Counted from the first letter of the stretch, positions 9,803 to 19,809 are shown. The stretch: 64,000 nucleotides of DNA from Burkholderiales bacterium (GCA_003963115.1 RXJQ01000004.1:111511-175510); one strand, 5' to 3'. Translations and numbers: made by a program. Notes: generated from the sequence alone by a model not told the origin.

Positions 9803-10932
9803 CAGATCACCTCCAGCTCAGCTTGGAGTGCGCCGGCAGCCTTCATGGCCTGCAGGATGGCCAGCAGGTCCTGCGGGTTGGCGCCAAGGGTGTTCAGCGC
9901 TTTGACCACCTCGGTCAACTTCGTGCCGGCGGGCATCTGGATGAGTGCGCCGGGTTCCTGGTTGATGCGGATGTCGGTCTTTTCGGTGGATACGGTCTGG
10001 CCTTGGGACATGGGGCTGGGCTGGCTGATGACCGGCGTGGAGCTGATGGTCACCGACAGGTTGCCGTGGGCGACGGCACAGGGGCCGATGGTCACAGCCT
10101 GGTTCAGCACGATGGAGCCTGTGCGCGAGTTCACGACGATGCGTGCGGCCGGCGTGGCCCTGTCGATGTTGAGGTTTTCCAGATCGGCCATGAAGGCAAC
10201 GCGTTCGCCCGGCTGGGTGGGCAGGTTGACGTGCACCATGCGGCCGTTGATGGCCTCGGCGGTGCCTGCGCCCTTGGCCTTGTTGATGGCGTTGGCCACT
10301 TCACGGGCGGTGTTGAAATCGTCGGCCTGCAAGTCGTACTGCACAGCGCTGCCCTGCAGCCAGGGCGTGGGCACGCTGCGCTCGACCGTGGCGCCAGAGG
10401 GGATGCGGCCGGCGCTCAACTGGTTGATCTGGACCTTGGCGCCACCGGCGGCAGCACCGGCGCCCACGATGACCACATTGCCCTGGGCCATGGCGTAGAT
10501 CTGGCCGTCGGCACCCTTGAGCGGGGTGGCGATCAGCGTGCCGCCGCGCAGGGATTTGGCATTGCCCATGGAGGAGACAGTCACGTCCATGGCCTGGCCG
10601 GGCTGGGCGAAGGGGGGCAGGGACGCGGTGACCATCACGGCCGCCACGTTCTTGAGCTGCATGGTGGCGCCAGCGGGCATGGTGATGCCCATCTGCTGGA
10701 GCATGGCGTTGAGGCTCTGCGCGGTGAAGGGCGCTTGCGTGGTCTGGTCGCCAGTGCCGTCGAGGCCCACGACCAGGCCATAGCCCATCAGCTGGTTGCT
10801 GCGCACGCCCTGGACGGCGGCGATTTCCTTGAGGCGGACGGCTTTTGCATCAGACGGCCACCACAGGGCCGAGGAGGCGGCCAGAAAGGCCAGGCCGATC
10901 AGCAGTTTGAGGAGGCGATCCGAGATGTCCAT
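9802..10932 (-). CDS. flgI: Flagellar P-ring protein FlgI
   Basis: Signal peptide followed by the conserved RLKEIAAVQGVRSNQLMGYGLVVGLDGTGD. Confidence 0.95.
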   Translation of the reverse strand: MDISDRLLKLLIGLAFLAASSALWWPSDAKAVRLKEIAAVQGVRSNQLMGYGLVVGLDGTGDQTTQAPFTAQSLNAMLQQMGITMPAGATMQLKNVAAVMVTASLPPFAQPGQAMDVTVSSMGNAKSLRGGTLIATPLKGADGQIYAMAQGNVVIVGAGAAAGGAKVQINQLSAGRIPSGATVERSVPTPWLQGSAVQYDLQADDFNTAREVANAINKAKGAGTAEAINGRMVHVNLPTQPGERVAFMADLENLNIDRATPAARIVVNSRTGSIVLNQAVTIGPCAVAHGNLSVTISSTPVISQPSPMSQGQTVSTEKTDIRINQEPGALIQMPAGTKLTEVVKALNTLGANPQDLLAILQAMKAAGALQAELEVI

Positions 10933-10993
10933 GAGGCCGAAATCCTGTCAAGGTGACCCCCATACCTGCCTGACGGCAGGCCCCCCGCGGGGG

Positions 10994-11026
10994 CAAGGAA
11001 GCTGGGGGCGGCCCGGCGCTTCCTTG
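10994..11026. repeat. 9-bp perfect inverted repeat (CAAGGAAGC-N15-GCTTCCTTG) in the flgH-flgI spacer
   Basis: Read directly. It is preceded by the near-palindrome CCCCCCGCGGGGG (10981-10993). Confidence 0.65.
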
Positions 11027-11053
11027 GGGTACTCGGCTTCATTTTGGGGATCT

Positions 11054-11731
11054 TTAGAACGGCGAAATGCTCAAAAAGAAGTGGGCTAGCCAGCCTATTC
11101 CCTGAGCGTCCTGCTGGGCGCCGCGGCCCATGTGCTCGATGCGCACATTGGCGATCTGGCTGGACAGCACGCTGTTGCCCGGCTGGATGCTGGCGGGGTC
11201 GACCTGGCCCGAGAAGCGCAGCACGTCCACGTTCTTGGCCACGCCGATCTGCTTTTCGCCGGCCACGATCAGGTGCCCGTTGGGCAAGACCTCGATGACC
11301 GTGGCGGTGATGGTGCCGGTGAAGTTGCCTGTGGCTGCCGTGCTGCCGGTGCCGTCGAATTTGTTGTCGGACGAGCCGGCGGCGCCGAGCTTGGCCACCT
11401 GATCCAGTCTTACCAGGGGCACGGCTGTGATGCTGCTGCTCACGCTGCCCTTTTTCTCGATGGAGCTGGTGGTCTGCTGGGTGGCCGAGACCGCCTCGCT
11501 GATGGTGACGGTGATGATGTCGCCGACCATGCGCGCGCGGTGGGTTTCGTACAGCGGGCGGTAGCCGCCAGCCTGGAAGATGGCGCCATTTTCGGCCGGC
11601 ATATAGGCTGCGGCAGAGGGGCGGGCCTGCGTGGGTTCGGCCACGTCCACCTTGGGGGCGGTGGTGACGCAGCCTGCCAGCATCGCAGGCAAGGCGCACA
11701 GTGCAAGCAGCTTGCGCATCATGAAACCCAT
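11054..11731 (-). CDS. flgH: Flagellar L-ring lipoprotein FlgH
   Basis: Lipobox MLAGC, conserved GDIITVTISE and IEVLPNGHLIVAGEK. ATG 11731 overlaps the flgG stop (TGATG). Alternative starts at 11734 (GTG), 11722 and 11719. Confidence 0.92.
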   Translation of the reverse strand: MGFMMRKLLALCALPAMLAGCVTTAPKVDVAEPTQARPSAAAYMPAENGAIFQAGGYRPLYETHRARMVGDIITVTISEAVSATQQTTSSIEKKGSVSSSITAVPLVRLDQVAKLGAAGSSDNKFDGTGSTAATGNFTGTITATVIEVLPNGHLIVAGEKQIGVAKNVDVLRFSGQVDPASIQPGNSVLSSQIANVRIEHMGRGAQQDAQGIGWLAHFFLSISPF

Positions 11732-12513
11732 CACATCTGTCCCAGCTTCTGCAGCATCTGGTCCGAGGTCTGGATGGCCTTGGAGTTCAGTTCATACGCG
11801 CGCTGGGTCTGGATCATGGTCACCAGTTCCTGCACCACGTTCACGTTGGACGACTCCACGAAGCCTTGCGACAGCGAGCCCATGCCCTGTACGGTGGGGG
11901 CGCCGGTCTGAGGTGCGCCCGAAGCCGTGGTCTCGGCAAACAGGTTCTGGCCCTTGGGGTCGAGGCCGGCCGGGTTGACGAAGGACGCGAGCTGGAGCTG
12001 GCCCAGGTTCTGCGGCTGCACCTGGCCGGGAATGGTGGCGGTGACCGTGCCGTCCTGGGCGATGGTCACATTGGTGGCCGTGGCGGGCACAGTGATGCCG
12101 GGTTGCACCAGGTAGCCGTTGTTGGTCACGAGCTGGCCTTGCGCGTCCATCTGGAAGGAGCCATCGCGGGTATAGGCCGTGGTGCCATCGGGCATGGTGA
12201 CCTGGAAGAAGCCCTTGCCCTGGATCGCCAGGTCCAGGTTGTTCGATGTCTGCGTCAGCGTGCCTTGCGTGAACTGGCGCGAGGTGGCCACGGCGCGCAC
12301 ACCCAGGCCGACTTGCAGGCCGGTGGGCAGTTGCGTCTGCTCGGAGCTGTTGGCACCGCTTTGACGCAGGTTCTGGTACATCAGGTCTTCAAAGACCGCG
12401 TGCGACTGCTTGTAGCCGTTGGTGCCGCTGTTGGCCAGGTTCTGGGAAATGTGATCCAGCTGGGTCTGCTGGGCTTCCATGCCGGACTTCGATACCCACA
12501 GTGAACGCATCAT
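11731..12513 (-). CDS. flgG: Flagellar distal rod protein FlgG
   Basis: MMRSLWVSKSGMEAQQTQLDHISQNLANSGTNGYK; C-terminal VNVVQELVTMIQTQRAYELNSK. Confidence 0.95.
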   Translation of the reverse strand: MMRSLWVSKSGMEAQQTQLDHISQNLANSGTNGYKQSHAVFEDLMYQNLRQSGANSSEQTQLPTGLQVGLGVRAVATSRQFTQGTLTQTSNNLDLAIQGKGFFQVTMPDGTTAYTRDGSFQMDAQGQLVTNNGYLVQPGITVPATATNVTIAQDGTVTATIPGQVQPQNLGQLQLASFVNPAGLDPKGQNLFAETTASGAPQTGAPTVQGMGSLSQGFVESSNVNVVQELVTMIQTQRAYELNSKAIQTSDQMLQKLGQM

Positions 12514-12553
12514 GGCTTTGCTCCTCGGCGCTTGTCACGCCATCTCAATTCAA

Positions 12554-13282
12554 TCAACTGCCAGACAGCAACTGGGCTGCCTGCTTCTCATTGGACTCGG
12601 CGGTCTGCATCAGCTTCATCTGGGTCTCGAACTGGCGGGCCGCGGCAATCATCGACACCATGGTCTCGATGGGATTGACGTTGGAGCCTTCCAGCGCGCC
12701 GTCCTGCACGCGGGCATTGCCGTCGGCGGGCAGCTCGGTGCCATCGCTGGTGCGAAAGAGGCCGTCTTCACCACGCGTGAGCTGGTCGGTCGGTGTCACG
12801 AGCTTGAGCTTGCCCACGCCGGTGATCTTGCCTTTGGTGTCCTTGGCGCTGACCGTGCCATCGGGGGCCACGCTGACCTCCGTGTTGGCCGGGATGGAGA
12901 TGGGGCCACCATCGCCCATGACGGGCAGGCCGCTTTGGGTGACCAGGGTGCCGTCTGCGCCGACTTCGAAAGAGCCTGCACGGGTGTAGGCCTCGGTGCC
13001 GTCCAGGGCCTGCACGGTCATCCAGGTCTTGCCTTGTGCGGCCACGTCCAGGTTGCGGCCGGTGAAGCTCAAGGGGCCGGCCGCATCGTTGTAGCCCACG
13101 GTGGTTTCCAGCGAGTAGACGCGGGTGCTGGCGCCATCGCCGCGCACGGGCACGGCACGGATGGCATCGAGCTCGGCCCGAAAGCCCGCCGTGCTGACAT
13201 TGGCCAGGTTGTTGGAAAGCACATCCTGGCGCTGCATGTTCATCTTGGCGCCAGCCATGCTCACATAGATCATGCGGTCCAT
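12554..13282 (-). CDS. flgF: Flagellar proximal rod protein FlgF
   Basis: MDRMIYVSMAGAKMNMQRQDVLSNNLANVSTAGF; rod-family C terminus. Confidence 0.9.
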   Translation of the reverse strand: MDRMIYVSMAGAKMNMQRQDVLSNNLANVSTAGFRAELDAIRAVPVRGDGASTRVYSLETTVGYNDAAGPLSFTGRNLDVAAQGKTWMTVQALDGTEAYTRAGSFEVGADGTLVTQSGLPVMGDGGPISIPANTEVSVAPDGTVSAKDTKGKITGVGKLKLVTPTDQLTRGEDGLFRTSDGTELPADGNARVQDGALEGSNVNPIETMVSMIAAARQFETQMKLMQTAESNEKQAAQLLSGS

Positions 13283-13305
13283 GGTTTACTCCGTCAGCCT
13301 GCTCA

Positions 13306-14604
13306 TCAACGCAGGTTCACCAGCGTCTGCTGAACCTGGTCTTCCGCCTTGATGGTCTGGGCGTTGGCCTGGTAGGCGCGCTGGGCCACGATCATGTTGA
13401 CCAGTTCACCGGTCAGGTCCACGTTGGACTCTTCCAGTGCACCGGACTGCAGCAGGCCATAGACACCGCTGCCTGGCGTGCCCAGTGGCAGAGGCTGGCC
13501 GGACTGGGCGGTGGGCTTCCATTCGTTGGCGCCGACGGGTTGCAGGCCGTTGAGGTTCTTGAAGTCGGCCAGCTGGACGGTGGCAATGGGCTTGGACTGG
13601 CCGTTGGTGTAGCGGGCGGTCACGGTGCCGTCGGTTTCGATGACGAAATCCGACAGGTTGCCCTGCGCGTAGCCACCACCGGAGAGGTCGGTCACTGCAT
13701 AGGAGCCTGAATACTCGGTGGCGTTGTTGAGGTTGAGCGTCACGCCGGTGAGCGGCTGGCCGTTCTTGCCGCCCGGGATCGAGGCGATCGTGAAGGTCGA
13801 GCCGGAGGGCATGGAGCCGTCAGCATTGAAGGTGAAGGAGGCGATGGCTGTGGGGTTGCCGCTGCCGTCGTTCTGCACCGAGGCAGCATTGGTGTTGCCG
13901 TCGGCGCTCATGTAGACCGACCAGGTACCGCCGGTGCCGGGGTCAGGGGGCGTGGCGGTGGGGTCGCCGGGGGTGGCGTCGGCGGTCTTGACGAAGTAGT
14001 AGTTCAGCGCGATGGGGGCGCCATTGTCACCGTAGGCCGTCTGCGACGTCACGAAGTTGTACGTCTTGGAGTTGCTGAAATCGACGGGATTGGTGATCTT
14101 CGCTGCCTTGGCGTCGAGGTTGGCCGTCATGCTGATGGCTGCGGCTTTCTGGGGAGGGGAGCTGTCGTTGTTGAGCTGGATGGCTGTGCCTGCAGGGCCG
14201 GCCGGGGCGCCATTTGGATCGAGGGCTTGCCCTAGCAGTTGGTGGCCTTCGTTGTTGACGATGTAGCCACTGGCATCGCGCTTGAACTGGCCGTTGCGGG
14301 AATAGACGGTTTCACCTTGCGAGTTGGCCAGCGCGAAGAAGCCACGGCCGTTGATAGCCAGGTCCATGCTGTTGGCGGTCGTCGTGATGTTGCCTTGGGT
14401 GAACTGCTGCGCCACCGAGGCCACGCGGGCACCGATACCGATGTTGTTGCTGCCGCCACCGTTGAGCGAGGCCGCATACATGTCGGCGAACTCGGCGCGC
14501 GATTGCTTGAAGCCATAGGTGTTGGCGTTGGCCACATTGTTGCCGATCACCTCCAGGTTTTTGCTGGAGATGTTCAGACCGGATAGTCCTTGCTGGAAGC
14601 CCAT
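13306..14604 (-). CDS. flgE: Flagellar hook protein FlgE
   Basis: MGFQQGLSGLNISSKNLEVIGNNVANANTYGFK; C-terminal ESNVDLTGELVNMIVAQRAYQANAQ. 432 aa. Confidence 0.93.
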   Translation of the reverse strand: MGFQQGLSGLNISSKNLEVIGNNVANANTYGFKQSRAEFADMYAASLNGGGSNNIGIGARVASVAQQFTQGNITTTANSMDLAINGRGFFALANSQGETVYSRNGQFKRDASGYIVNNEGHQLLGQALDPNGAPAGPAGTAIQLNNDSSPPQKAAAISMTANLDAKAAKITNPVDFSNSKTYNFVTSQTAYGDNGAPIALNYYFVKTADATPGDPTATPPDPGTGGTWSVYMSADGNTNAASVQNDGSGNPTAIASFTFNADGSMPSGSTFTIASIPGGKNGQPLTGVTLNLNNATEYSGSYAVTDLSGGGYAQGNLSDFVIETDGTVTARYTNGQSKPIATVQLADFKNLNGLQPVGANEWKPTAQSGQPLPLGTPGSGVYGLLQSGALEESNVDLTGELVNMIVAQRAYQANAQTIKAEDQVQQTLVNLR

Positions 14605-14671
14605 GGTGATGTCCTTTCGGCGTTACTGCTGTGGCGTGAGAGAAAGCGTGTGGATGACGGTGTGCGGCAGG

Positions 14672-15337
14672 TCAGGAGATCGTCTGGACCTTGCTGTAGG
14701 CGGTGGTGCCAGCGTTGCGCAACTCCAGGTTCAAGGTGCCGTTGGTGTTGCTGACGGCGTCGACCAGATCAACCATGAGTGGCGTGCTGGTGATGGTCTT
14801 GCCGCCGCCGGTGGCGGTGACCTTGAAGGTCAGGCCTGTCGTGTTGGTGCCGCTGGGTGGCGTCCACTGGAAGCTTTGCTGGCCAGCGCTCTGGCCGGAC
14901 TGGGTGACCGTGTCGAGCTTGTTGCCGGCCGCGTCCAGGATGTCGATCTTGACCGTGCCGGCTGCCGCCGACAGGTTGTAGGCGCCAATCGCGTTGCCGC
15001 TGCTGTTCAATGTGAGCTGGTTGCCGGGCAGCAGAACCTGATGCCCCACCAGGCTGGTGCCCTGGAGCATCTGCAACTGGGTCATGTTGGTGCTCATGCC
15101 GGTCATCGTGGTGTTGAGCTTGTCGATGCCGGTGACCGTGTTGATCTGCGCCATCTGGCTGGTGATCTGGGAGTTGTCGGCCGGGTTGAGCGGATCCTGG
15201 TTCTGCAACTGGGTGACCAGCAGCTTCAGGAAGCGGTCCGACATGTCCGCTGCGGACGAGAGGCCGTTCGAGGACGAGCTGCTCGACGATGTGGAAGACG
15301 TCGAGTTGGTGGCGGTGTTGTTGGTGACGGTGGTCAT
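14672..15337 (-). CDS. flgD: Flagellar hook capping/assembly protein FlgD
   Basis: Ser/Thr-rich N terminus followed by FLKLLVTQLQNQDPLNP. Confidence 0.9.
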   Translation of the reverse strand: MTTVTNNTATNSTSSTSSSSSSSNGLSSAADMSDRFLKLLVTQLQNQDPLNPADNSQITSQMAQINTVTGIDKLNTTMTGMSTNMTQLQMLQGTSLVGHQVLLPGNQLTLNSSGNAIGAYNLSAAAGTVKIDILDAAGNKLDTVTQSGQSAGQQSFQWTPPSGTNTTGLTFKVTATGGGKTITSTPLMVDLVDAVSNTNGTLNLELRNAGTTAYSKVQTIS

Positions 15338-15386
15338 GCTGCTTCCTTGTCCTTGCTTGTCTGCTTGTCAATAGGGCGTCGGTTGA

Positions 15387-15797
15387 TCAACCGCTTTGGC
15401 CCATCTGCAGGGTCTTCATGAGCAGCGACTTGGCCGTGTTCATGACTTCGATGTTGTTCTGATAGGACCGGGAAGCCGAGATCATGTTGACCATCTCTTC
15501 CACCGCGTTGACATTGCTGTAGGTGACGTAGCCGTCGGCATCGGCCTGCGGGTTCTTGGGGTCGTGCACGCGGCGGCCGGGGCTGTTGTCTTCGGTGACC
15601 TGGCTGACTGTGACGCCGGCCGTGCCCACTTCGCCCATGGGCGTGGTGGTGAAGACGACCTGGCGGGCCTTGTAGGCCGAGCGGTCGGGGCCGGCCACAG
15701 TGTCGGCATTGGCCAGGTTGGAGGCCACGACGTTGAGGCGCTGCGACTGCGCGCTGACCGCGCTGCCTGCCACGTTGAAGATCTTGAACATCGACAT
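15387..15797 (-). CDS. flgC: Flagellar proximal rod protein FlgC
   Basis: FNVAGSAVSAQSQRLNVVASNLANADT; C-terminal NVNAVEEMVNMISASRSYQNN. Confidence 0.93.
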   Translation of the reverse strand: MSMFKIFNVAGSAVSAQSQRLNVVASNLANADTVAGPDRSAYKARQVVFTTTPMGEVGTAGVTVSQVTEDNSPGRRVHDPKNPQADADGYVTYSNVNAVEEMVNMISASRSYQNNIEVMNTAKSLLMKTLQMGQSG

Positions 15798-15821
15798 GAT
15801 GGTCTCCTACGGTCCTGTGCC

Positions 15822-16259
15822 TTACTGACCTGTGATCGCCGTGTTGAGCGTGCGAACCTGGGCGTTGATGAAGCGCAGCGTGGCCTCGTAGCGCACGGTG
15901 TTGTCGGCGAAGTTGGCGCGTTCGCGGTCCATGTCCACCGAGTTGCTGTCCAGGTTGGTCTGCGAGGCGAGGGCGTAATTCATGTCTGGCTGCTCTTGGC
16001 TGCCGGCGGGCTGGCCGTTGCGGTCCATATGGCCAGCGGACGACGCGGCCATCGAGAGATGTGGGGCTTGCACGCTGCTGGCACCGATGGAGGACTGGCC
16101 AGTGGCATTGCGCAGGGCTGTGGCGAAATCGAAGTCGCGTGCCACGTAGCCTGGGGTGTCAGCGTTGGCGATGTTGCTGGCGATCAGACGCTGGCGCTCC
16201 GACCGCAGCGACAGCGCTTCGGCCTGGAAGTTCAATGAGTCGGTCAATCGGTTCAACAT
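15822..16259 (-). CDS. flgB: Flagellar proximal rod protein FlgB
   Basis: ALSLRSERQRLIASNIANADTPGY. First gene of the minus-strand flg cluster. Confidence 0.9.
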   Translation of the reverse strand: MLNRLTDSLNFQAEALSLRSERQRLIASNIANADTPGYVARDFDFATALRNATGQSSIGASSVQAPHLSMAASSAGHMDRNGQPAGSQEQPDMNYALASQTNLDSNSVDMDRERANFADNTVRYEATLRFINAQVRTLNTAITGQ

Positions 16260-16427
16260 GGTTTGGCCCTCCTGGGCAGATCACTGCAATCGCTGCGTGT
16301 GGCATGACACCTCAGCTTGTCTGGGATGTTGATTGGCATCAAGCCAAAACATGAGCCGAAATAGCGGGGCATTCCACCTTCATTTCCCGACCTGGCGGGC
16401 CGGGCGCATCCGTACAGTCGAATCACC

Positions 16428-17234
16428 ATGAAAACGGCCCGCACCTCCACTCGGAACCCCGATCGCGATATCGGGCTGGCACCTGTCCAGTTCCTCGTGA
16501 CCGTGCTGAGCGCCCTGGTTTGGCTGGGGCTGTGTGTGCTGGCGGCCCTGGGTTCGCCCAAGGCGCATGCCCAGGCGGCTGCGGATGCCGGTGGCTTGCA
16601 GACCGAAGTGAGCGCCTTGCTCAAGCAGCAGACGCTGCCCCAATCCAATGGCGATGCCACATCGCAAAAAGAGCCCTGGCGCGTCGAAGTGACGCTGGGC
16701 CAACTCGATCCTCGCCTGAAGCTGGCACCTTGCGAGAAGGTGCACGCCTACATGCCCGATGGTATGCAGATGTGGGGCAAGACCCGGGTGGGCCTGCGCT
16801 GCGAGCGCGGCGCAGTGCGCTGGAACGTGTTCTGGCCGGTGACGGTCAAGGTCTGGGGGCAGGCCCTGGTGGCCGCCGTGCCGCTGCGCCCGGGCACCCC
16901 CGTGGCCGACAGCGACGTGCGCGTGGCCGAGGTGGACCTCGCTGAAAAAACGTCTCCCGCCGTGCTGCGTGCCGCCGACATCGTCGGTCGCATGGTGGTG
17001 CGGGGGGTGGAACCTGGTCAAAGCGTCCGTCAGGACGATGTGAAAGCCCGCCGCTGGTTCGCAGCCGGTGACCCCGTGCGCTTGACATTGCGCGGCGAAG
17101 GTTTTCAGATCGCGGCAGAAGGCACGGCTTTGTCCCCAGGCGATGAGGGGCAGTGCGCCCGCATCCGCACCGACAACGGCCGGGTGGTCTGCGGCAACCC
17201 GGTCGGCGATCGCCAGGTGGAGTTGTCCCTGTGA
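16428..17234 (+). CDS. flgA: Flagellar P-ring assembly chaperone FlgA
   Basis: Signal peptide, SAF/FlgA-like C terminus (GQSVRQDDV...GDPVRL...G.A...G). Divergent from flgB. Confidence 0.8.
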   Translation: MKTARTSTRNPDRDIGLAPVQFLVTVLSALVWLGLCVLAALGSPKAHAQAAADAGGLQTEVSALLKQQTLPQSNGDATSQKEPWRVEVTLGQLDPRLKLAPCEKVHAYMPDGMQMWGKTRVGLRCERGAVRWNVFWPVTVKVWGQALVAAVPLRPGTPVADSDVRVAEVDLAEKTSPAVLRAADIVGRMVVRGVEPGQSVRQDDVKARRWFAAGDPVRLTLRGEGFQIAAEGTALSPGDEGQCARIRTDNGRVVCGNPVGDRQVELSL

Positions 17235-17289
17235 AACAGTTTTTTGCCAAATCGTCCCCCCTGGCTAGGGGGTTTGGCGCGTTTGGCAT

Positions 17290-17316
17290 TAAAGTCGGTC
17301 AGCCCCGCGTCGATAT
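17290..17316 (+). promoter_or_regulatory. Candidate sigma-28 (FliA) promoter for flgMN
   Basis: TAAAGTCG-N11-GTCGATAT compared with the remembered consensus TAAAGTTT-N11-GCCGATAA. Lies 46 nt upstream of the flgM ATG, which has an AAGGAG RBS. Confidence 0.6.
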
Positions 17317-17361
17317 CGCGGATGTGACCACTCGGTATCGACCGGGATCAAGGAGTACATC

Positions 17362-17658
17362 ATGAAGATCGGCAACCCCTTAGACAAAGCGGTAGGCGGC
17401 GTTGGCCCTCGTACCGAGGGAGCCACCACATCCGGAAAGACATCATCGTCCTCTGGCAGCGTGGGCGAGAGTGCAAAAGTCACGCTCTCCAACGTTGCGT
17501 CGGGTTTGATGTCGGCTGCGGACGGCACGTTTGACGCGGACAAGGTTTCCAGCGTCAAAGACGCCATCGACAACGGCACCTACCAAGTCAATCCTGAAGT
17601 CATCGCTGACAAGCTGATCAGCAATGCCAAGGAACTGCTGCAAGGCAAGCAGGGCTGA
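17362..17658 (+). CDS. flgM: Anti-sigma-28 factor FlgM
   Basis: 98 aa. Gly/Ser-rich N terminus and a conserved C-terminal region (KVSSVKDAIDNGTYQVNPEVIADKLI). Confidence 0.82.
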   Translation: MKIGNPLDKAVGGVGPRTEGATTSGKTSSSSGSVGESAKVTLSNVASGLMSAADGTFDADKVSSVKDAIDNGTYQVNPEVIADKLISNAKELLQGKQG

Positions 17659-17666
17659 AACTGACC

Positions 17667-18077
17667 ATGGCGCAGGCTTTGCCCACTTGTGAAGACGTGT
17701 CTGCGGAGATGGCAGACCAGATGGCCGTCCACGTGGCGGCCATCGAGCAGCGTCTGTCCGAGCTGGACAAGGCCTTTGCGTCAGGTGATGGCGATGTGAT
17801 CGCCCGGCAAGCGCAACAGCTGCAGATGAGCCTGGCCGAGTCGCTCGTGTCCTTTCGCAAGGCCGGGCAGGCGGGGCTCGACCCTTTGTCTGAGGCGCTG
17901 CGTTCGCGCCTGAAGCTGGCCCAGTCCCGTGTACTGGCGCAGCAGGCGGCGGTGCACCGTGCGAATGCCGCATTCGAGCGCACGCTCAATGTGCTGCTGC
18001 CCCGCGAGGACAACAACAGCACTTACGGCAAGCTTGGGCAGTCGCCCGTGGCCAAGGCCCTCAACGCCTACCGTTGA
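17667..18077 (+). CDS. flgN: Flagellar export chaperone FlgN-like
   Basis: 136-aa helical protein immediately after flgM. The call rests mainly on position and size. Confidence 0.6.
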   Translation: MAQALPTCEDVSAEMADQMAVHVAAIEQRLSELDKAFASGDGDVIARQAQQLQMSLAESLVSFRKAGQAGLDPLSEALRSRLKLAQSRVLAQQAAVHRANAAFERTLNVLLPREDNNSTYGKLGQSPVAKALNAYR

Positions 18078-18084
18078 GTTGGCG

Positions 18085-19809
18085 TCAGGTCGGATCGACC
18101 GCCCCCTCCACCACGATCTGAACGCGCTGGCGTCCCTGGAATTCGTCCAGGCTGACGCGGTAAGCCAATTGCGTCTTGGCCGGCAGCGGCTCGGTGCGCC
18201 CGAACCAGATGCCATCGCGCAACTCGCCCTGCACGCGCAGGCTGAGCTTGAGGTGGCGCTCACCCACCAGCCGCTGGCCCAGCACTTCGGCCATGTCGCT
18301 GAAGACGGGCGCGTCGAAACCAGGTCCCCACACGGCACTGTCCAGCTGTGACACGGTTTCAGGCGTGAACCATTGGGCGTCGAGCGGGCCGTCCGTGCTG
18401 ATCTGGCGCAGCAGCAGGCTGGGGTCGATGCCTTCCTGGGCGATGCGGACCAGTTCGGCCTCGAAGGTCTCGAAGTCCTCTTCGGCAATGGTGCAGCCGG
18501 CGGCCATGGCATGGCCACCGAAGCGCTTGAGCAGGCCGATGTGGCGCTTGCTGACCAGGTCGAGTGCGTCACGCAGATGAAAGCCGGGAATGGAGCGGCC
18601 GGAGCCCTTGAGCAGGCCGTCCTGGCCCAGTGCGAACACGAAGGTGGGGCGGTGCAGGCGGTCCTTGAGGCGGGACGCCACGATGCCCACCACGCCTTCG
18701 TGGAAATCGGGGTCGAAGATGGCCAGCGCGGCGGGTGGCTCGCCCTCCGGCATGACCGATTCGAGCAACTGCTCGGCCTGTTCCCGCATGCCTGATTCGA
18801 GTTCGCGGCGCTCGCGGTTGATGGTGTCGAGCTGGCGGGCGAGGGCATCGGCGCGGGCTGGGTCGTCTGTGCTTAGGCACTCGATGCCCAGGCCCATCTC
18901 GGCCAAGCGGCCAGCCGCATTGACGCGGGGGCCCAGCGCGAAGCCGAAGTCCTGACTGGTGGCCTTGGCCGGGTTGCGCCCCGCCGCGTTGAAGAGCGCC
19001 GCGATGCCCGCTTGCATGCGGCCCGAGCGGATGCGCTTGAGGCCCAGGGCCACGAGGCGGCGGTTGTTGTCATCGAGCTTGCCGACGTCGGCGATGGTGC
19101 CCAGGGCCACCAGGTCGAGCAACTGGTCGACGCGGGGCTGGCAGGCGGCGTCAAAAGCACCGCGCTGGCGCAGCTCGGCACGCAGGGCCAGCAGCACGTA
19201 GAACATCACGCCCACGCCGACCAGGGCCTTGCTGGCAAAGGGGCAGCCAGGCTGGTTCGGGTTCACAATCACATCGGCCTGGGGCAGGCTGACCTGGCCA
19301 TCGTCCAGCACCACGGGCAGGTGGTGGTCGGTGATGATCACCTTGAGGCCTTGGGCGCGCGCCAGGTTCACGGCTTCGTGACTGGCCATGCCGTTGTCCA
19401 CGGTCACCAGCACATGGGCCTGGCGTGCCTTCACCATCTCGACGATGGGCGGGGTCAGGCCATAGCCATGCAAGGCGCGATCGGGCACCACATAGGTCAC
19501 TTGATCGGGCCGGGCACCGAGCAGCTTCAGGCCGCGCTGGCCCACGGCACAGGCCGTAGCGCCGTCGCAGTCGTAATCGGCCACGATGCAGATGCGTTGG
19601 CCTTGCGCGATGGCGTCCGCCAGCATGACCGCAGCGTGATCCGCGCCCAGCAGATCCCTGGGGGAGAGCAGCTTGGCCGGGTTGTCGTCCAGCTCATCGG
19701 GGCTGCGCACGCCACGGGCCGCGAACAAGCGGGCCAGCAAGGGGTGGACGCCGGCTTGCTCCAGGGCCCAGGCAGCGCGGGGCGGGACGTCTCGGGCGGT
19801 GATTTTCAT
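18085..19809 (-). CDS. recJ: Single-stranded-DNA-specific exonuclease RecJ
   Basis: DHH motifs (IVADYDCDGATA, VDNG, ITDHH) and a DHHA1 region (GGHAMAAG). 574 aa. Confidence 0.93.
   Translation of the reverse strand: MKITARDVPPRAAWALEQAGVHPLLARLFAARGVRSPDELDDNPAKLLSPRDLLGADHAAVMLADAIAQGQRICIVADYDCDGATACAVGQRGLKLLGARPDQVTYVVPDRALHGYGLTPPIVEMVKARQAHVLVTVDNGMASHEAVNLARAQGLKVIITDHHLPVVLDDGQVSLPQADVIVNPNQPGCPFASKALVGVGVMFYVLLALRAELRQRGAFDAACQPRVDQLLDLVALGTIADVGKLDDNNRRLVALGLKRIRSGRMQAGIAALFNAAGRNPAKATSQDFGFALGPRVNAAGRLAEMGLGIECLSTDDPARADALARQLDTINRERRELESGMREQAEQLLESVMPEGEPPAALAIFDPDFHEGVVGIVASRLKDRLHRPTFVFALGQDGLLKGSGRSIPGFHLRDALDLVSKRHIGLLKRFGGHAMAAGCTIAEEDFETFEAELVRIAQEGIDPSLLLRQISTDGPLDAQWFTPETVSQLDSAVWGPGFDAPVFSDMAEVLGQRLVGERHLKLSLRVQGELRDGIWFGRTEPLPAKTQLAYRVSLDEFQGRQRVQIVVEGAVDPT

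Noticed and set aside
17256-17275. The hairpin CCCCC-N7-GGGGG followed by TTT after flgA, as a terminator.
   Set aside because: It has only a 5-bp stem and a 3-nt T run, which is too weak to call. The flgM sigma-28 promoter just downstream does not require it.
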